Source: Actinomycetota bacterium (lineage in GTDB: Bacteria > Actinomycetota > UBA4738 > HRBIN12). Taken from it: a stretch of 30,597 bases of DNA. The stretch covers positions 1 through 30,597 of the forward strand of contig DATFEU010000323.1 in NCBI GenBank assembly GCA_035250725.1. The letters run 5' to 3'. Each line of letters opens with the position of its first letter. Within the stretch, counting starts at the first letter, position 1. The notes beneath the pieces are model-generated. The model saw only the letters and a program-made list of their open reading frames with translations. It made no database searches and was not told the DNA's origin. Made by a program: the position numbers and the translations under genes. Shown here in pieces: positions 8,668-19,804 of this stretch.

Positions 8668-8715
8668 GATGCGGCGATCATAGCGCCGGGCGGCGGCTCG
8701 ACCCGGGAGCGGGCC

Positions 8716-9366
8716 TCAGAGACAGTCGGTGCCCGCCGCCAGGTTGCAGGCGATGTTCCCGAAGGCGTTGACGATCGGGAGCAGCGGCCCCGACAGGAGG
8801 AAGAAGATCACGAGGATGAACAGGACGAGATACTGCTCGAGATTCACGAACACCTCGCGCGGTCTCGGCGGGAGGAACGGCGCGAGGAGCTTCGCGCCGT
8901 CCAGACCCGGGATCGGCATGAGCTGGAGGCCGAACATGAACGCGTTGACGACGACCCACGAGATGGCGAACCGGCCCACCTCCCCGGACGCCCCAGCACG
9001 AAGGAGCAGGCCGGCGGGGATCGCGAGGAGCAGGTTCGCGATCAAGCCGGCCGCGGCGACCCAGAGCTGATCGCGCTTGGGGTTGCGCAGCGCCGTCGGG
9101 TCGAGCGGCATGGGCTTCGCGTACGCGAAGACGGGGAGCAATACCGCGCCCCGAGCGGCGACCAGGATCAGGGCAAGCGCGGGCAGGATGAGGGATCCGA
9201 ACGGATCGATCAGCGGCTTCGGGTTCAGGGTGAGGCGGCCCCACCGTTTCGGGTTCGGGTCCCCGAGCCTCGTCGCGACGAACGCGTGCGCGTACTCGTG
9301 CACCACGAGTGCCACGGCAAGCGACACACCGAGGTACGCCGCGAACCGCAGGCTCTCGGCGCTCAT
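8716..9366 (-). CDS. Site-2 protease (peptidase M50), 216 aa
   Basis: ATG at 9366 overlaps the pdp stop; HEYAH zinc motif, GRLTLNP, YAKPMP, PIPGLDG; hydrophobic segments. Confidence 0.92.
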   Translation of the reverse strand: MSAESLRFAAYLGVSLAVALVVHEYAHAFVATRLGDPNPKRWGRLTLNPKPLIDPFGSLILPALALILVAARGAVLLPVFAYAKPMPLDPTALRNPKRDQLWVAAAGLIANLLLAIPAGLLLRAGASGEVGRFAISWVVVNAFMFGLQLMPIPGLDGAKLLAPFLPPRPREVFVNLEQYLVLFILVIFFLLSGPLLPIVNAFGNIACNLAAGTDCL

Positions 9367-10676
9367 CCGTACCAGCCGTAGACGAGCGGCGGGGCTTCGA
9401 CCTCGTGATCCGCGAACGTCAATGCCGTGTGGATCCTCGACAGGCACGCGTCCGCGTCGGCGTCGGTCCGAGCGTGGATCTCGCCCAACGCCTGACCGGC
9501 CTCGACCCGGTCGCCCACCTTGGGGTGGAAGACGATCCCGACCGCGGGATCGATCGGGTCGCCCTTCTTCCTGCGTCCCGCCCCCAGATCCGCGCTCGCG
9601 CGCCCGAGCGACTCCGCCTCGACGCTCACGAGCGTGCCGGACAGGGCGGCCTCGATCGGGCGGCGGACCGGGGCTGCGGGCAGCACGCCCTCGGGATCGT
9701 CGACGACCCGCGGGTCCCCGCCTTGGGACTCGACCATCCGGCGGAAGGCCTCGAGCGCGTCGCCGCCGTCGATCGCGCCCGCGGCCTGCGCCCTCCCCTC
9801 CCCCATCGCCGCCCCCGAGAGCCTCGAGACCGCCTCGCCCGCGAACATCACCGTCGCGTCGCGCAGCCGCCCGTGCTGCTCGCCGCGCAACACGCGTACG
9901 GACTCGAGGACGTCCAGCCCGTTGCCGATCGCGTCGCCGAGCGGCTGCGACATGTCGGTCACCGCCGCTCGCGTCGGGCGCCCCCAGTCGCGCGCGAGCG
10001 TCGCGCACGCGGAGGCCAACGCCTGGGCGTCTTCCGGCGTCTTCATGAACGCTCCGCTGCCGGCCTTCACGTCGAGCAGCACGAGGTCGGTCCCGACGGC
10101 GAGCTTCTTCGACATCACGCTCGCCGCGATCAGCGGGATCGAGGACACCGTCGCGGTCGCGTCGCGGAGCGCGTAGAGGGCGCCGTCCGCCGGGACGAGG
10201 TTCGAGGTCTGTGCCGCGACCGCGCATCCCACCTCCTCGACCTGCCGCTCGAACGCGTCGGGCTCGAGGTCCGTGCGCAGGCCGGGGATCGACTCGAGCT
10301 TGTCGAGCGTCCCGCCGGTGTGCCCGAGCCCCCGCCCCGAGAGCTTCGCGACCGCCAGGCCGAGTGAGGCCGCGAGCGGCGCGAACACCAGCGTCACACC
10401 GTCGGCGACGCCGCCCGTCGAATGCTTGTCGACCTTCGGCCGGGAGATCCCCTGGAGCGGCAGCGTGTCCCCGGACTCGACCATCGCGCGGGTGAGCGCG
10501 AGCGTCTCGGACTCGTCGAGGCCGTTGACGAACGCCGCCATCAGGAAGGCCGCGGCCTGGTAGTCCGGGACGTCGCCCCGGGCGTGTTCGAGCACGAACC
10601 AGCGGAGCTCCTCGGGATCGAGCCGGCGGCCGTCGCGCTTGGCCGCGATCACGTCGCGGGGATCGAGGTGGCTCAC
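9363..10676 (-). CDS. pdp: Pyrimidine-nucleoside (thymidine) phosphorylase, 437 aa
   Basis: GTG at 10676 overlaps the deoB stop; DKHSTGG, SGRGLGHTGGTLDKLESIPG, LYALRD.TATV.SIPLIAASVMSKK, DVK.GSGAFMK. Confidence 0.95.
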   Translation of the reverse strand: MSHLDPRDVIAAKRDGRRLDPEELRWFVLEHARGDVPDYQAAAFLMAAFVNGLDESETLALTRAMVESGDTLPLQGISRPKVDKHSTGGVADGVTLVFAPLAASLGLAVAKLSGRGLGHTGGTLDKLESIPGLRTDLEPDAFERQVEEVGCAVAAQTSNLVPADGALYALRDATATVSSIPLIAASVMSKKLAVGTDLVLLDVKAGSGAFMKTPEDAQALASACATLARDWGRPTRAAVTDMSQPLGDAIGNGLDVLESVRVLRGEQHGRLRDATVMFAGEAVSRLSGAAMGEGRAQAAGAIDGGDALEAFRRMVESQGGDPRVVDDPEGVLPAAPVRRPIEAALSGTLVSVEAESLGRASADLGAGRRKKGDPIDPAVGIVFHPKVGDRVEAGQALGEIHARTDADADACLSRIHTALTFADHEVEAPPLVYGWYG

Positions 10677-11866
10677 CGGCCGACCTCGGCCGCGAAGCTC
10701 GCGCCCTGCAGATCCCACGGGACGCCGAGCAGGTCGGCGGCCGTCGCCCCGATGTCGGCGAACGTGGCCCGGGCTCCGACGTCGTACGGGCCCCCGTCGA
10801 GACCGGCCGCGAGCAACGGCGCGCGCTCGCGCGAGTGGTCGGTCGGCGGGGTCGTCGGGTCGCAGCCGTGGTCGCCGGTCAGGAACATCACGCCGCCTTC
10901 GAGCGCATGCACGAGCTCCGGGATCCGAACGTCGAGCTCCTCGACCGCATGGGCGTAGCCTTCGGGATCATTGCGGTGGCCGTACTTGCTGTCGAAGTCC
11001 ACGAGGTTGCTGAACACCAACGCGGGGCCGGGACGGCGGAGGTAGTCGACCGTGAGGTCGATCCCGTGGTCGTTCGCGTCCGAGTACCGGGCCTCAGTGA
11101 GTCCCTGCTGCGCGAAGATGTCCTGGATCTTCCCGACGCCGTACACGGCGACGCCGTGCTCCTGGCATCGGTCGAGGAGCGTAGGTCCGGGGGGCGGGAC
11201 CGAGAAGTCGCGCCGCTCTGGCCGGCGGACGAACGCGCCTGGCTCGCCGTCGAACGGCCGCGCGATCACGCGGCCGACGTTGTGCTTGCCCGTCAGCAGT
11301 CGCCGGGCCGACCGGCACCACTCGTACAGCGTCTGCAGCGGCACGACTCCGACGTGCGTCGCGATCTGGAACACGGAGTCGCCGCTCGTGTACACGATCG
11401 GCCTGCCGGTTCCGAGGTGCTCCTTGCCGAGCTCGGCGATGATCTCGGTCCCCGATGCCGGGACGTTGCCGAGCACCTCGCGGCCGATCCCGGCCTCGAA
11501 CGGCTCGATGATCTCGGACGGGAAGCCCTCCGGATACAGGGGGAACGCCTCGTCGAGCACGATGCCTGCCATCTCCCAGTGGCCGGTGGTCGTGTCCTTG
11601 CCCGCCGAGCGCTCCGTGCAGCGCCCATGCGCCGACCCCGGCTCGGCGTGCGGCGGGACTCCCTGGATCGTCGTGAGCATCCCGAGCCCCAGGGCGCCGA
11701 GATTGGGCGCGTGGATGCCCCCGACCGCGGCGGCCGTGTTGCCGAGGGTGTCCGAGCCGGCGTCGCCGTACGCTTCCGCGTCGGGTGCGTCGCCGACGCC
11801 GAACGAATCGCAGACGAGGAGGAGGACCCGCGGGACCCTGCGCTTCGTCGATCTCGGTCCCACCAC
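10673..11866 (-). CDS. deoB: Phosphopentomutase, 397 aa
   Basis: DSFGVG, GKDTTTGHWE, YTSGDSVFQIA, RVIARPF, DFDSKYGHRND, DHGCDPT, DHSRE. Confidence 0.96.
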   Translation of the reverse strand: MVGPRSTKRRVPRVLLLVCDSFGVGDAPDAEAYGDAGSDTLGNTAAAVGGIHAPNLGALGLGMLTTIQGVPPHAEPGSAHGRCTERSAGKDTTTGHWEMAGIVLDEAFPLYPEGFPSEIIEPFEAGIGREVLGNVPASGTEIIAELGKEHLGTGRPIVYTSGDSVFQIATHVGVVPLQTLYEWCRSARRLLTGKHNVGRVIARPFDGEPGAFVRRPERRDFSVPPPGPTLLDRCQEHGVAVYGVGKIQDIFAQQGLTEARYSDANDHGIDLTVDYLRRPGPALVFSNLVDFDSKYGHRNDPEGYAHAVEELDVRIPELVHALEGGVMFLTGDHGCDPTTPPTDHSRERAPLLAAGLDGGPYDVGARATFADIGATAADLLGVPWDLQGASFAAEVGR

Positions 11867-12223
11867 CTAGCGGCCCTCGCCGAGCCGCGCGCAGTCGATG
11901 CACAGGATCGCCCACGGCAGGGCGTCCAGCCGCTCGACCGAGATCGAGTTGCCGCAGCGCTCGCAGACGCCGTAGGTCCCGAGATCCATCTTCGTGATCG
12001 CGCGCTCGACCCACCGCAGGTTCGAGCGGAGCGCCTTCATCACCGACAGCAGCCGCGCCCGTTCGGCCGTCGAATGCGCGCTGTCCGCGAACCCTCGCTC
12101 GACGTCGATCGCCGCATCGTCCGAGTCGGGGGCACCCCCCTGCTCGACGATCTCCTTGCGCAGGTTCTCTCGCTGCTCCTCGAGCGCCTCGCGCAGCTCG
12201 GCGAGCTTCGTCGCCTTGATCAT
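11867..12223 (-). CDS. DksA/TraR family C4 zinc-finger protein, 118 aa
   Basis: ATG at 12223 overlaps the xerD stop (ATGA), preceded by GGAGGAGG; coiled-coil region then GTYGVCERCG..I..ERL.ALPW..LCIDC. Confidence 0.88.
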   Translation of the reverse strand: MIKATKLAELREALEEQRENLRKEIVEQGGAPDSDDAAIDVERGFADSAHSTAERARLLSVMKALRSNLRWVERAITKMDLGTYGVCERCGNSISVERLDALPWAILCIDCARLGEGR

Positions 12224-13158
12224 GCGGTGACCCTCCTCCCGGCGCGGGCACGCGGGTGGGACGTGAAGTAGACCTCCCGCAGGTGCTCCTTCGTCACCAG
12301 CGTATAGACCTGGGTGGTCGCCACGCTCGCGTGTCCGAGGAGCTCCTGGACGACGCGGATGTCGGCCCCGCCCTCGAGGAGATGGGTCGCGAACGAGTGA
12401 CGGAAGGTGTGCGGACTGATCCGCTTGCGGACGCCGGCGCGCTCCGCGTAGCCGGCCAGGATCCCTGCGCATCCCTGGCGCGTGAGCCGCCCGCCTCGCT
12501 GGTTGAGGAAGAGCGCGGACCGCGACCGCGACGTGGCGAACTGCGGCCGCACCCGGGTGAGGTAGGCCGAGATCGCGTCGCGCGCGAAGCTCCCGAGGGG
12601 CACGTCCCGTTCCTTCCCCCCCTTGCCGAGCACCCGGACGCTGCCGTCCTCGAGATCCACGTCGTCGACGTCGAGGCCCACGAGTTCGGAGATCCGGAGC
12701 CCGGCCCCGTACAGGGTCTCGAGCACGGCCCGGTCGCGAAGGCCTTTCGCCGTGCCGTCGGGCGCGGCCAGCACCCGGGCGACGTCGTCGACCGAGAGCG
12801 GCTTGGGGAGCGACCGCGGGAGCTTCGGACGCACGACCGGGGCGGTCGGGTCGTTGCGCATCGCGCCCTCACGCACGAGGAAGCGATGGAACGCGCGGAC
12901 CGACGACAGCGCCCGGACGACCGAGGTCGCGCGGTACGGCTTTCCGTCACCGTGGGTCGAGGCCGACACCGTCGCGACGTGCGCCGCCACCGCGCGTTCG
13001 TCAACCCGGCGGCCGTCCGTGATCCCGCGCTCGCGCAGGAACGCCGCGTACCGGTCCAGATCGCGCCGGTACGCCGCGACGGTGTGGGGCGACAGTCCAC
13101 GCTCGACCGTCAGGTGGTCGAGGAAACGCTGGATCTGTCTGGCCAGGGCATCGCGCAT
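12220..13158 (-). CDS. xerD: Site-specific tyrosine recombinase XerD, 312 aa
   Basis: ERGLSPHTVAAYRRDL, LYGAGLRISEL, GKGGKER, HTFRHSFATH, LGHASVATTQVYT (complete R-K-H-R-H-Y set); usual xerD position. Confidence 0.93.
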   Translation of the reverse strand: MRDALARQIQRFLDHLTVERGLSPHTVAAYRRDLDRYAAFLRERGITDGRRVDERAVAAHVATVSASTHGDGKPYRATSVVRALSSVRAFHRFLVREGAMRNDPTAPVVRPKLPRSLPKPLSVDDVARVLAAPDGTAKGLRDRAVLETLYGAGLRISELVGLDVDDVDLEDGSVRVLGKGGKERDVPLGSFARDAISAYLTRVRPQFATSRSRSALFLNQRGGRLTRQGCAGILAGYAERAGVRKRISPHTFRHSFATHLLEGGADIRVVQELLGHASVATTQVYTLVTKEHLREVYFTSHPRARAGRRVTA

Positions 13159-13168
13159 CCGCGTTCGA

Positions 13169-14299
13169 TCAGCCGAGCCGCTCGGCGACCTCGGCGAGCC
13201 GCGTGAACGGCAGTCCGTGCGCCTCGGCGACCCCCTCGTTCGCGATCGCGCCGGCCGCGACGTTCACGCCGAGGGCGAGCGCCGGATCGTTTCGGACCGC
13301 GGCCGCGAGCCCCTCGTTCGCGATCTCGAGCGCGTACGGCAGCGTGACGTTCGTGAGCGCGTACGTGGAGGTGTTCGGCACCGCGCCGGGCATGTTCCCC
13401 ACGCAGTAGTGCACGACATCGTGCACGACGTAGGTGGGATCGGAGTGCGTCGTCATCCTCGCCGTCTCGACGCACCCGCCCTGGTCGATCGAGATGTCGA
13501 TGATCACGGAACCCGGCCGCATCGAGGCGACCATGTCCTCGGTCACGAGCTTGGGTGCCTTCGCTCCCGGGACCAGGACGGTGCCGATCAGGACGTCGGC
13601 CTCGGCCACGCGTTGCTCGAGCGTGAGCTGATCCGACATCAGCGTGATGATCCGCCCCTTGTGGATCTGGTCGATGTAGCGGAGCCGGTCGAGGTTGTTG
13701 TCGACCACGACCACCTCGGCCTCCATCCCCGCGGCGATCCAGGCGGCATTCGCGCCGGCCATCCCGGCCCCGAGCACCACCACCTTGGCCGGCCGGACGC
13801 CCGAGACGCCCCCCAGCAGCACCCCTCGGCCGCCGTTCTCCTTCTCCTGCAGGCGCGCCCCCACGTGCGGCGCCATGCGGCCGGCGATCTCGCTCATGGG
13901 CGCGAGCAGCGGCAGCCGACCCTGCTCGTCCTGGACGGTCTCGTAGGCGACCGCGAGGACGCCTCGCTCGATGAGCGCCTGCGTGAGCTCGCGGCCGGCG
14001 GCCAGGTGCAGGTACGTGAACAGCACCTGCCCCTCGCGCAGGTGCTCGAACTCCGAGGCGATCGGCTCCTTGACCTTGAGGATCATGTCCGACTGGCGCC
14101 ACACCTCGGACGCGTCGGCCACGAGCTCTGCCCCTGCACGCTTGTACCGCTCGGAGAACAAGGAGGACCCGTCGCCGGCGCCTTCCTCGACGAGCACGCG
14201 ATGGCCGGCCCGGGTCAGCTCGCGGACACCCTCGGGGGTGGCGGCGACCCGATGCTCGTGGTCCTTGATCTCTTTCGGGATCCCGACGATCACGCGCAC
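13169..14299 (-). CDS. ald: Alanine dehydrogenase, 376 aa (alternative GTG start at 14293)
   Basis: GIPKEIK.HE.RV, MILKVKEP, FTYLHLAA, PMSEIAGR, GAGMAG, DISIDQGGC, HYCVGNMPGAVP.TST. Confidence 0.96.
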   Translation of the reverse strand: MRVIVGIPKEIKDHEHRVAATPEGVRELTRAGHRVLVEEGAGDGSSLFSERYKRAGAELVADASEVWRQSDMILKVKEPIASEFEHLREGQVLFTYLHLAAGRELTQALIERGVLAVAYETVQDEQGRLPLLAPMSEIAGRMAPHVGARLQEKENGGRGVLLGGVSGVRPAKVVVLGAGMAGANAAWIAAGMEAEVVVVDNNLDRLRYIDQIHKGRIITLMSDQLTLEQRVAEADVLIGTVLVPGAKAPKLVTEDMVASMRPGSVIIDISIDQGGCVETARMTTHSDPTYVVHDVVHYCVGNMPGAVPNTSTYALTNVTLPYALEIANEGLAAAVRNDPALALGVNVAAGAIANEGVAEAHGLPFTRLAEVAERLG

Positions 14300-14310
14300 A
14301 CCCCCCCGCC

Positions 14311-14329
14311 GGTAGGCCGCCAGCCTACC
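14311..14329. promoter_or_regulatory. Perfect 7-bp inverted repeat GGTAGGC-N5-GCCTACC overlapping a candidate -10 box upstream of ald
   Basis: Inverted repeat read directly; minus-strand TAGGCT at 14327-14322 fits TAnnnT. Confidence 0.4.
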
Positions 14330-14368
14330 CGACAGGTCCGTCGCCCCGGGCCCGGCGGACCGTCGCCA

Positions 14369-15706
14369 TCAGGCTCGCTCCACCGCGAAGACCTGCCATC
14401 GGCCGGGGATACCTTTCAGCTCGTGCTCTCCACGCTCGACCAGCCCGATCCCCGAGCCTGACACCAGATCCGCGACGGTGCGGGAGACCAGGACCTCGTT
14501 CGCCTCGGCGAGGGCCGAAACCCTGGAGCCGATGTGAACCGCGATCCCACGCACGTCGTTCCCGACGAGTTCGACCTCGCCGGTGTGGACCCCGGCGCGG
14601 ATCCGCAGGCCGAGTTCGCTCACGCCCCTGGTGGCCGAGACCGCGCATCGGATCGCCCGTGCCGGGCCGTCGAATGTCGCGAGGAAGCCGTCCCCCGCCG
14701 TGTCGACCTCCCGGCCTCGCCATCGCTCGAGCTCGCGCCGAACGACCTCGTGGTGCCGATCCAGGAGGGATCGCCACGCCCGATCCCCCAGGCGCATCGC
14801 CGTCTCCGTCGAACCGACGACGTCCGTGAACAAGACGGTCGCGAGCACGCGATGAGGGTCCGGGCCCCGGCGAACCCCGGTGAGGAACTCCTCCACCTCG
14901 TCGAGGAGGGCTTCGACATCGCCGATCCACATGAAGTGGTCGGCTCCGTCGAGCTCGACCAGCTTCGAGCCCGGGATCCGCGAGGCGATGTAGCGTCCCT
15001 CGCCGATCTTCACGTCGGCGTCTTCGATCCTGTACAGGAGCAGGGTTGGCACCTGGATCGAAGGCAGCACCGAACGAACGTCGATCATCGAGTTCATCCT
15101 CAGCAGCGCGCCGGCGGCGCGCGGGCTCGCCGACTGACGCCAGTACCGGCCGACCCATCGTTGGAACGCCTCGTCTCCGACCTTGCTCGGCGCCAGATCG
15201 CGGATGCGATCGGGCGATCCCCAGGTCTGCTCCGTCACCTCGATGTCGCGCATCCGTTCGTCGTGGGTCGGGGCCCACGGATAGTCGTCAGAGCGGATGC
15301 GTTTCGCGTAGCACCCCACCAAGACCAGCGCCCTCGTGCGTTGCGGATACGTCGCCGAGAAGAGCACGCTCATGTTGCCGCCCTCGGAGTGGCCGAGCAG
15401 CGCCGCCTGCTCCGAGCCGACCGCGTCCATCACCGCTCGAACGTCGTCCATCCGCTGTTCGAGCCCCGGCAGCGCATCCAGCGGGACCGGGTCGGACAGG
15501 CCGGTCCCCCGCTTGTCGAACAGGATCAGCCTCGAGAACGACGCGAGACGTTCGAGCAGGGCCGCGAGCCCCGGCTCCTCCCACATGATGTCGATGTTCG
15601 ACACGAATCCGGGCACGTACACGAGGTCGAACGGACCCTCACCGACGACCTGGTAGGCGATGTTGATATCGCCGCTCTTCGCGTACCTGGTCTGCGGTGT
15701 CGTCAA
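14369..15706 (-). CDS. Alpha/beta-hydrolase plus class III adenylate/guanylate cyclase fusion (LipJ/Rv1900c-like), 445 aa
   Basis: TTG at 15706 after AAGGA; TRYAKSGDINIAYQV, FDKRGTGLSD, GHSEGG, GADH; cyclase domain TVLFTDVVGST, DTAGDGF, VHIGSRV. Confidence 0.9.
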   Translation of the reverse strand: MTTPQTRYAKSGDINIAYQVVGEGPFDLVYVPGFVSNIDIMWEEPGLAALLERLASFSRLILFDKRGTGLSDPVPLDALPGLEQRMDDVRAVMDAVGSEQAALLGHSEGGNMSVLFSATYPQRTRALVLVGCYAKRIRSDDYPWAPTHDERMRDIEVTEQTWGSPDRIRDLAPSKVGDEAFQRWVGRYWRQSASPRAAGALLRMNSMIDVRSVLPSIQVPTLLLYRIEDADVKIGEGRYIASRIPGSKLVELDGADHFMWIGDVEALLDEVEEFLTGVRRGPDPHRVLATVLFTDVVGSTETAMRLGDRAWRSLLDRHHEVVRRELERWRGREVDTAGDGFLATFDGPARAIRCAVSATRGVSELGLRIRAGVHTGEVELVGNDVRGIAVHIGSRVSALAEANEVLVSRTVADLVSGSGIGLVERGEHELKGIPGRWQVFAVERA

Positions 15707-15765
15707 GGCTCGGAGATCCTTGCGGCGATCCGGGGGCGGCGACGCGGCACCCGCGCTGATCCAGC

Positions 15766-18208
<2,443 letters not shown>

Positions 18209-18218
18209 CGAAAGCTCC

Positions 18219-18887
18219 TCACTCGAACAGGCGCGGCCAGACGGCCCTCGCGATGTCCCAGCCCTGCCGGGCCCGATGCGTGAAGCCCGGGGCGTCGCGA
18301 TAGGTGGGGCGATGGTCGAGACCGTCGATCGGCACCTCGACGACCCGCAGCCCGGCACGGACGGCGTCGATCGTCATCGCGGTCTCGACCCCGAACCCCG
18401 GCGCGAGCGGACGGATCGCGTCCATCGCGCGGGCGGTCAGCGCTCGCTGGCCGGACAGCGGCTCCGTCGCCCGGAACCCACACTGCACGCGGATCGCGTG
18501 GGCCGCTGCCCCCTTGACGAGGCCGAAGCCCCCCGCCCGCGCCGGCGCGAATGCCGCGATCGCGATGTCCGCCTCGCCGACTTCCACGACGCGAACGAGC
18601 GACTCGAGACCGCTCGCCGTCTCGCCGAGGTCACCGTCCGCAAGCAGCCAGAGATCGGCGGGGCCGACCCGGTCGAGCGCCCCCTCGAGCGCGCCGCCCT
18701 TCCCGCGCCGGCGATCGACGCGGAGCACGGTGGCGCCGGCGGCCCTCGCCTCCCCCGAGGTCGCGTCCGTGGATGCGTCGTCCACCACGACGACCTGGGT
18801 CGCGAACCCTCGGATCGCGGACACGCACGGCCCGATGCGGCGCTCCTCGTCGCGGGCGGCGACGAGCGCGACGAGTCGGGGGCTCAC
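18219..18887 (-). CDS. Glycosyltransferase family 2, 222 aa
   Basis: AARDEERRIG, VVDDASTDAT, GKGGAL, ADGDL (DxD), SGQRAL, FGVET. Confidence 0.9.
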   Translation of the reverse strand: MSPRLVALVAARDEERRIGPCVSAIRGFATQVVVVDDASTDATSGEARAAGATVLRVDRRRGKGGALEGALDRVGPADLWLLADGDLGETASGLESLVRVVEVGEADIAIAAFAPARAGGFGLVKGAAAHAIRVQCGFRATEPLSGQRALTARAMDAIRPLAPGFGVETAMTIDAVRAGLRVVEVPIDGLDHRPTYRDAPGFTHRARQGWDIARAVWPRLFE

Positions 18888-19804
18888 GGAACGGGCGGGA
18901 GCGGCTCCGCTCCATCCTTCACGCCGTAGTCCCCCCCGGTCCCCGTCGCGAGCAGCTCCACGACGCCGAGCACGAGCGCGGTGCCGCCGATCGTCCGGTC
19001 GAGAACGTCGACGGTGACGGTGCCGTCGGTGCCGTTCGCGCGCACGAGCGGGACGAAGTCGTAGTCGGACAGGAGTGATTCGCCCGCGGCGACCGGGACA
19101 TCGAGCACGGAGAGCGACTCGACGAGCGGGACCGCGAAGGCCTCGGGCGGCAGCACCGGCTCACCGTCGCCGCGACCGCCCGACAGGACGACGACCACCT
19201 GGCCCGTGGCCCCGATCTCCTCCAGCGTCGCCTCGGAAGGCCCGCCGTCGACCGGCGCGAGGAACCCGGCAGACAGCAGGCTCGCGAGCAGGTCCTGTTC
19301 GGCGAGGGGGCTCCGCGGCGCCGAGAGCCGTTCGGCCAGGGCCTGTGCGGTGAGCGTCGGAAGCTCCTCGGCGGGCGCGGTCGGCTCGCCGAGCAAGATC
19401 GCCAGCTCCTCCTGGGTGCCGGGGTCCTCGGACACGATCTGGTCGGTGGCCGAGACGATCGTCACGACGTCCGCGCCGGCGTTCGCGAGGGCCGCCTGCG
19501 TCTGCGCCAGCACCGCGTCCTCGACCCCGGTCTGGGTGACGACGACGACCGGCGTCCCCGCGAGCCGTCCCTGGGTGAGGGGAGGCGCGACGGCCTCGAC
19601 GAAGCCGGCGAGCGCCTCGAGCTCGGTCCTGGCCTCGGTGAGCTCGTCCTCGCGGTCGCGGATCTCGCCGCGCAGGTCGTTGGTCTGATCGCGGAGCTGG
19701 TCGACGAGTCCGGGTTCGACGAACGCGCTCCCCGCCAGCAGGCCGACCGCGAGGGCGAGGAAGACGGCCACGATCGTGACGACGTGGTACCGGAGCGAGA
19801 TCAC
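18884..19804 (-). CDS. steB: SteB / MctB-like protein (DUF3186, often labelled copper transporter), 306 aa
   Basis: GTG at 19804 overlaps the steA stop; ISLRYHVVTIVAVFLALAVGLLAG membrane anchor, coiled coil, C-terminal G.YG.K. Confidence 0.85.
   Translation of the reverse strand: MISLRYHVVTIVAVFLALAVGLLAGSAFVEPGLVDQLRDQTNDLRGEIRDREDELTEARTELEALAGFVEAVAPPLTQGRLAGTPVVVVTQTGVEDAVLAQTQAALANAGADVVTIVSATDQIVSEDPGTQEELAILLGEPTAPAEELPTLTAQALAERLSAPRSPLAEQDLLASLLSAGFLAPVDGGPSEATLEEIGATGQVVVVLSGGRGDGEPVLPPEAFAVPLVESLSVLDVPVAAGESLLSDYDFVPLVRANGTDGTVTVDVLDRTIGGTALVLGVVELLATGTGGDYGVKDGAEPLPPVP

Noticed and set aside
8668-8715. T-box or attenuator upstream of trpS
   Set aside because: The 48-bp gap is too short and lacks a T-box motif or a Trp-rich leader peptide.
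12220-13158. xerD as the integrase of a mobile element
   Set aside because: Typical chromosomal XerD sequence in its usual context, with no att sites or cargo beside it.
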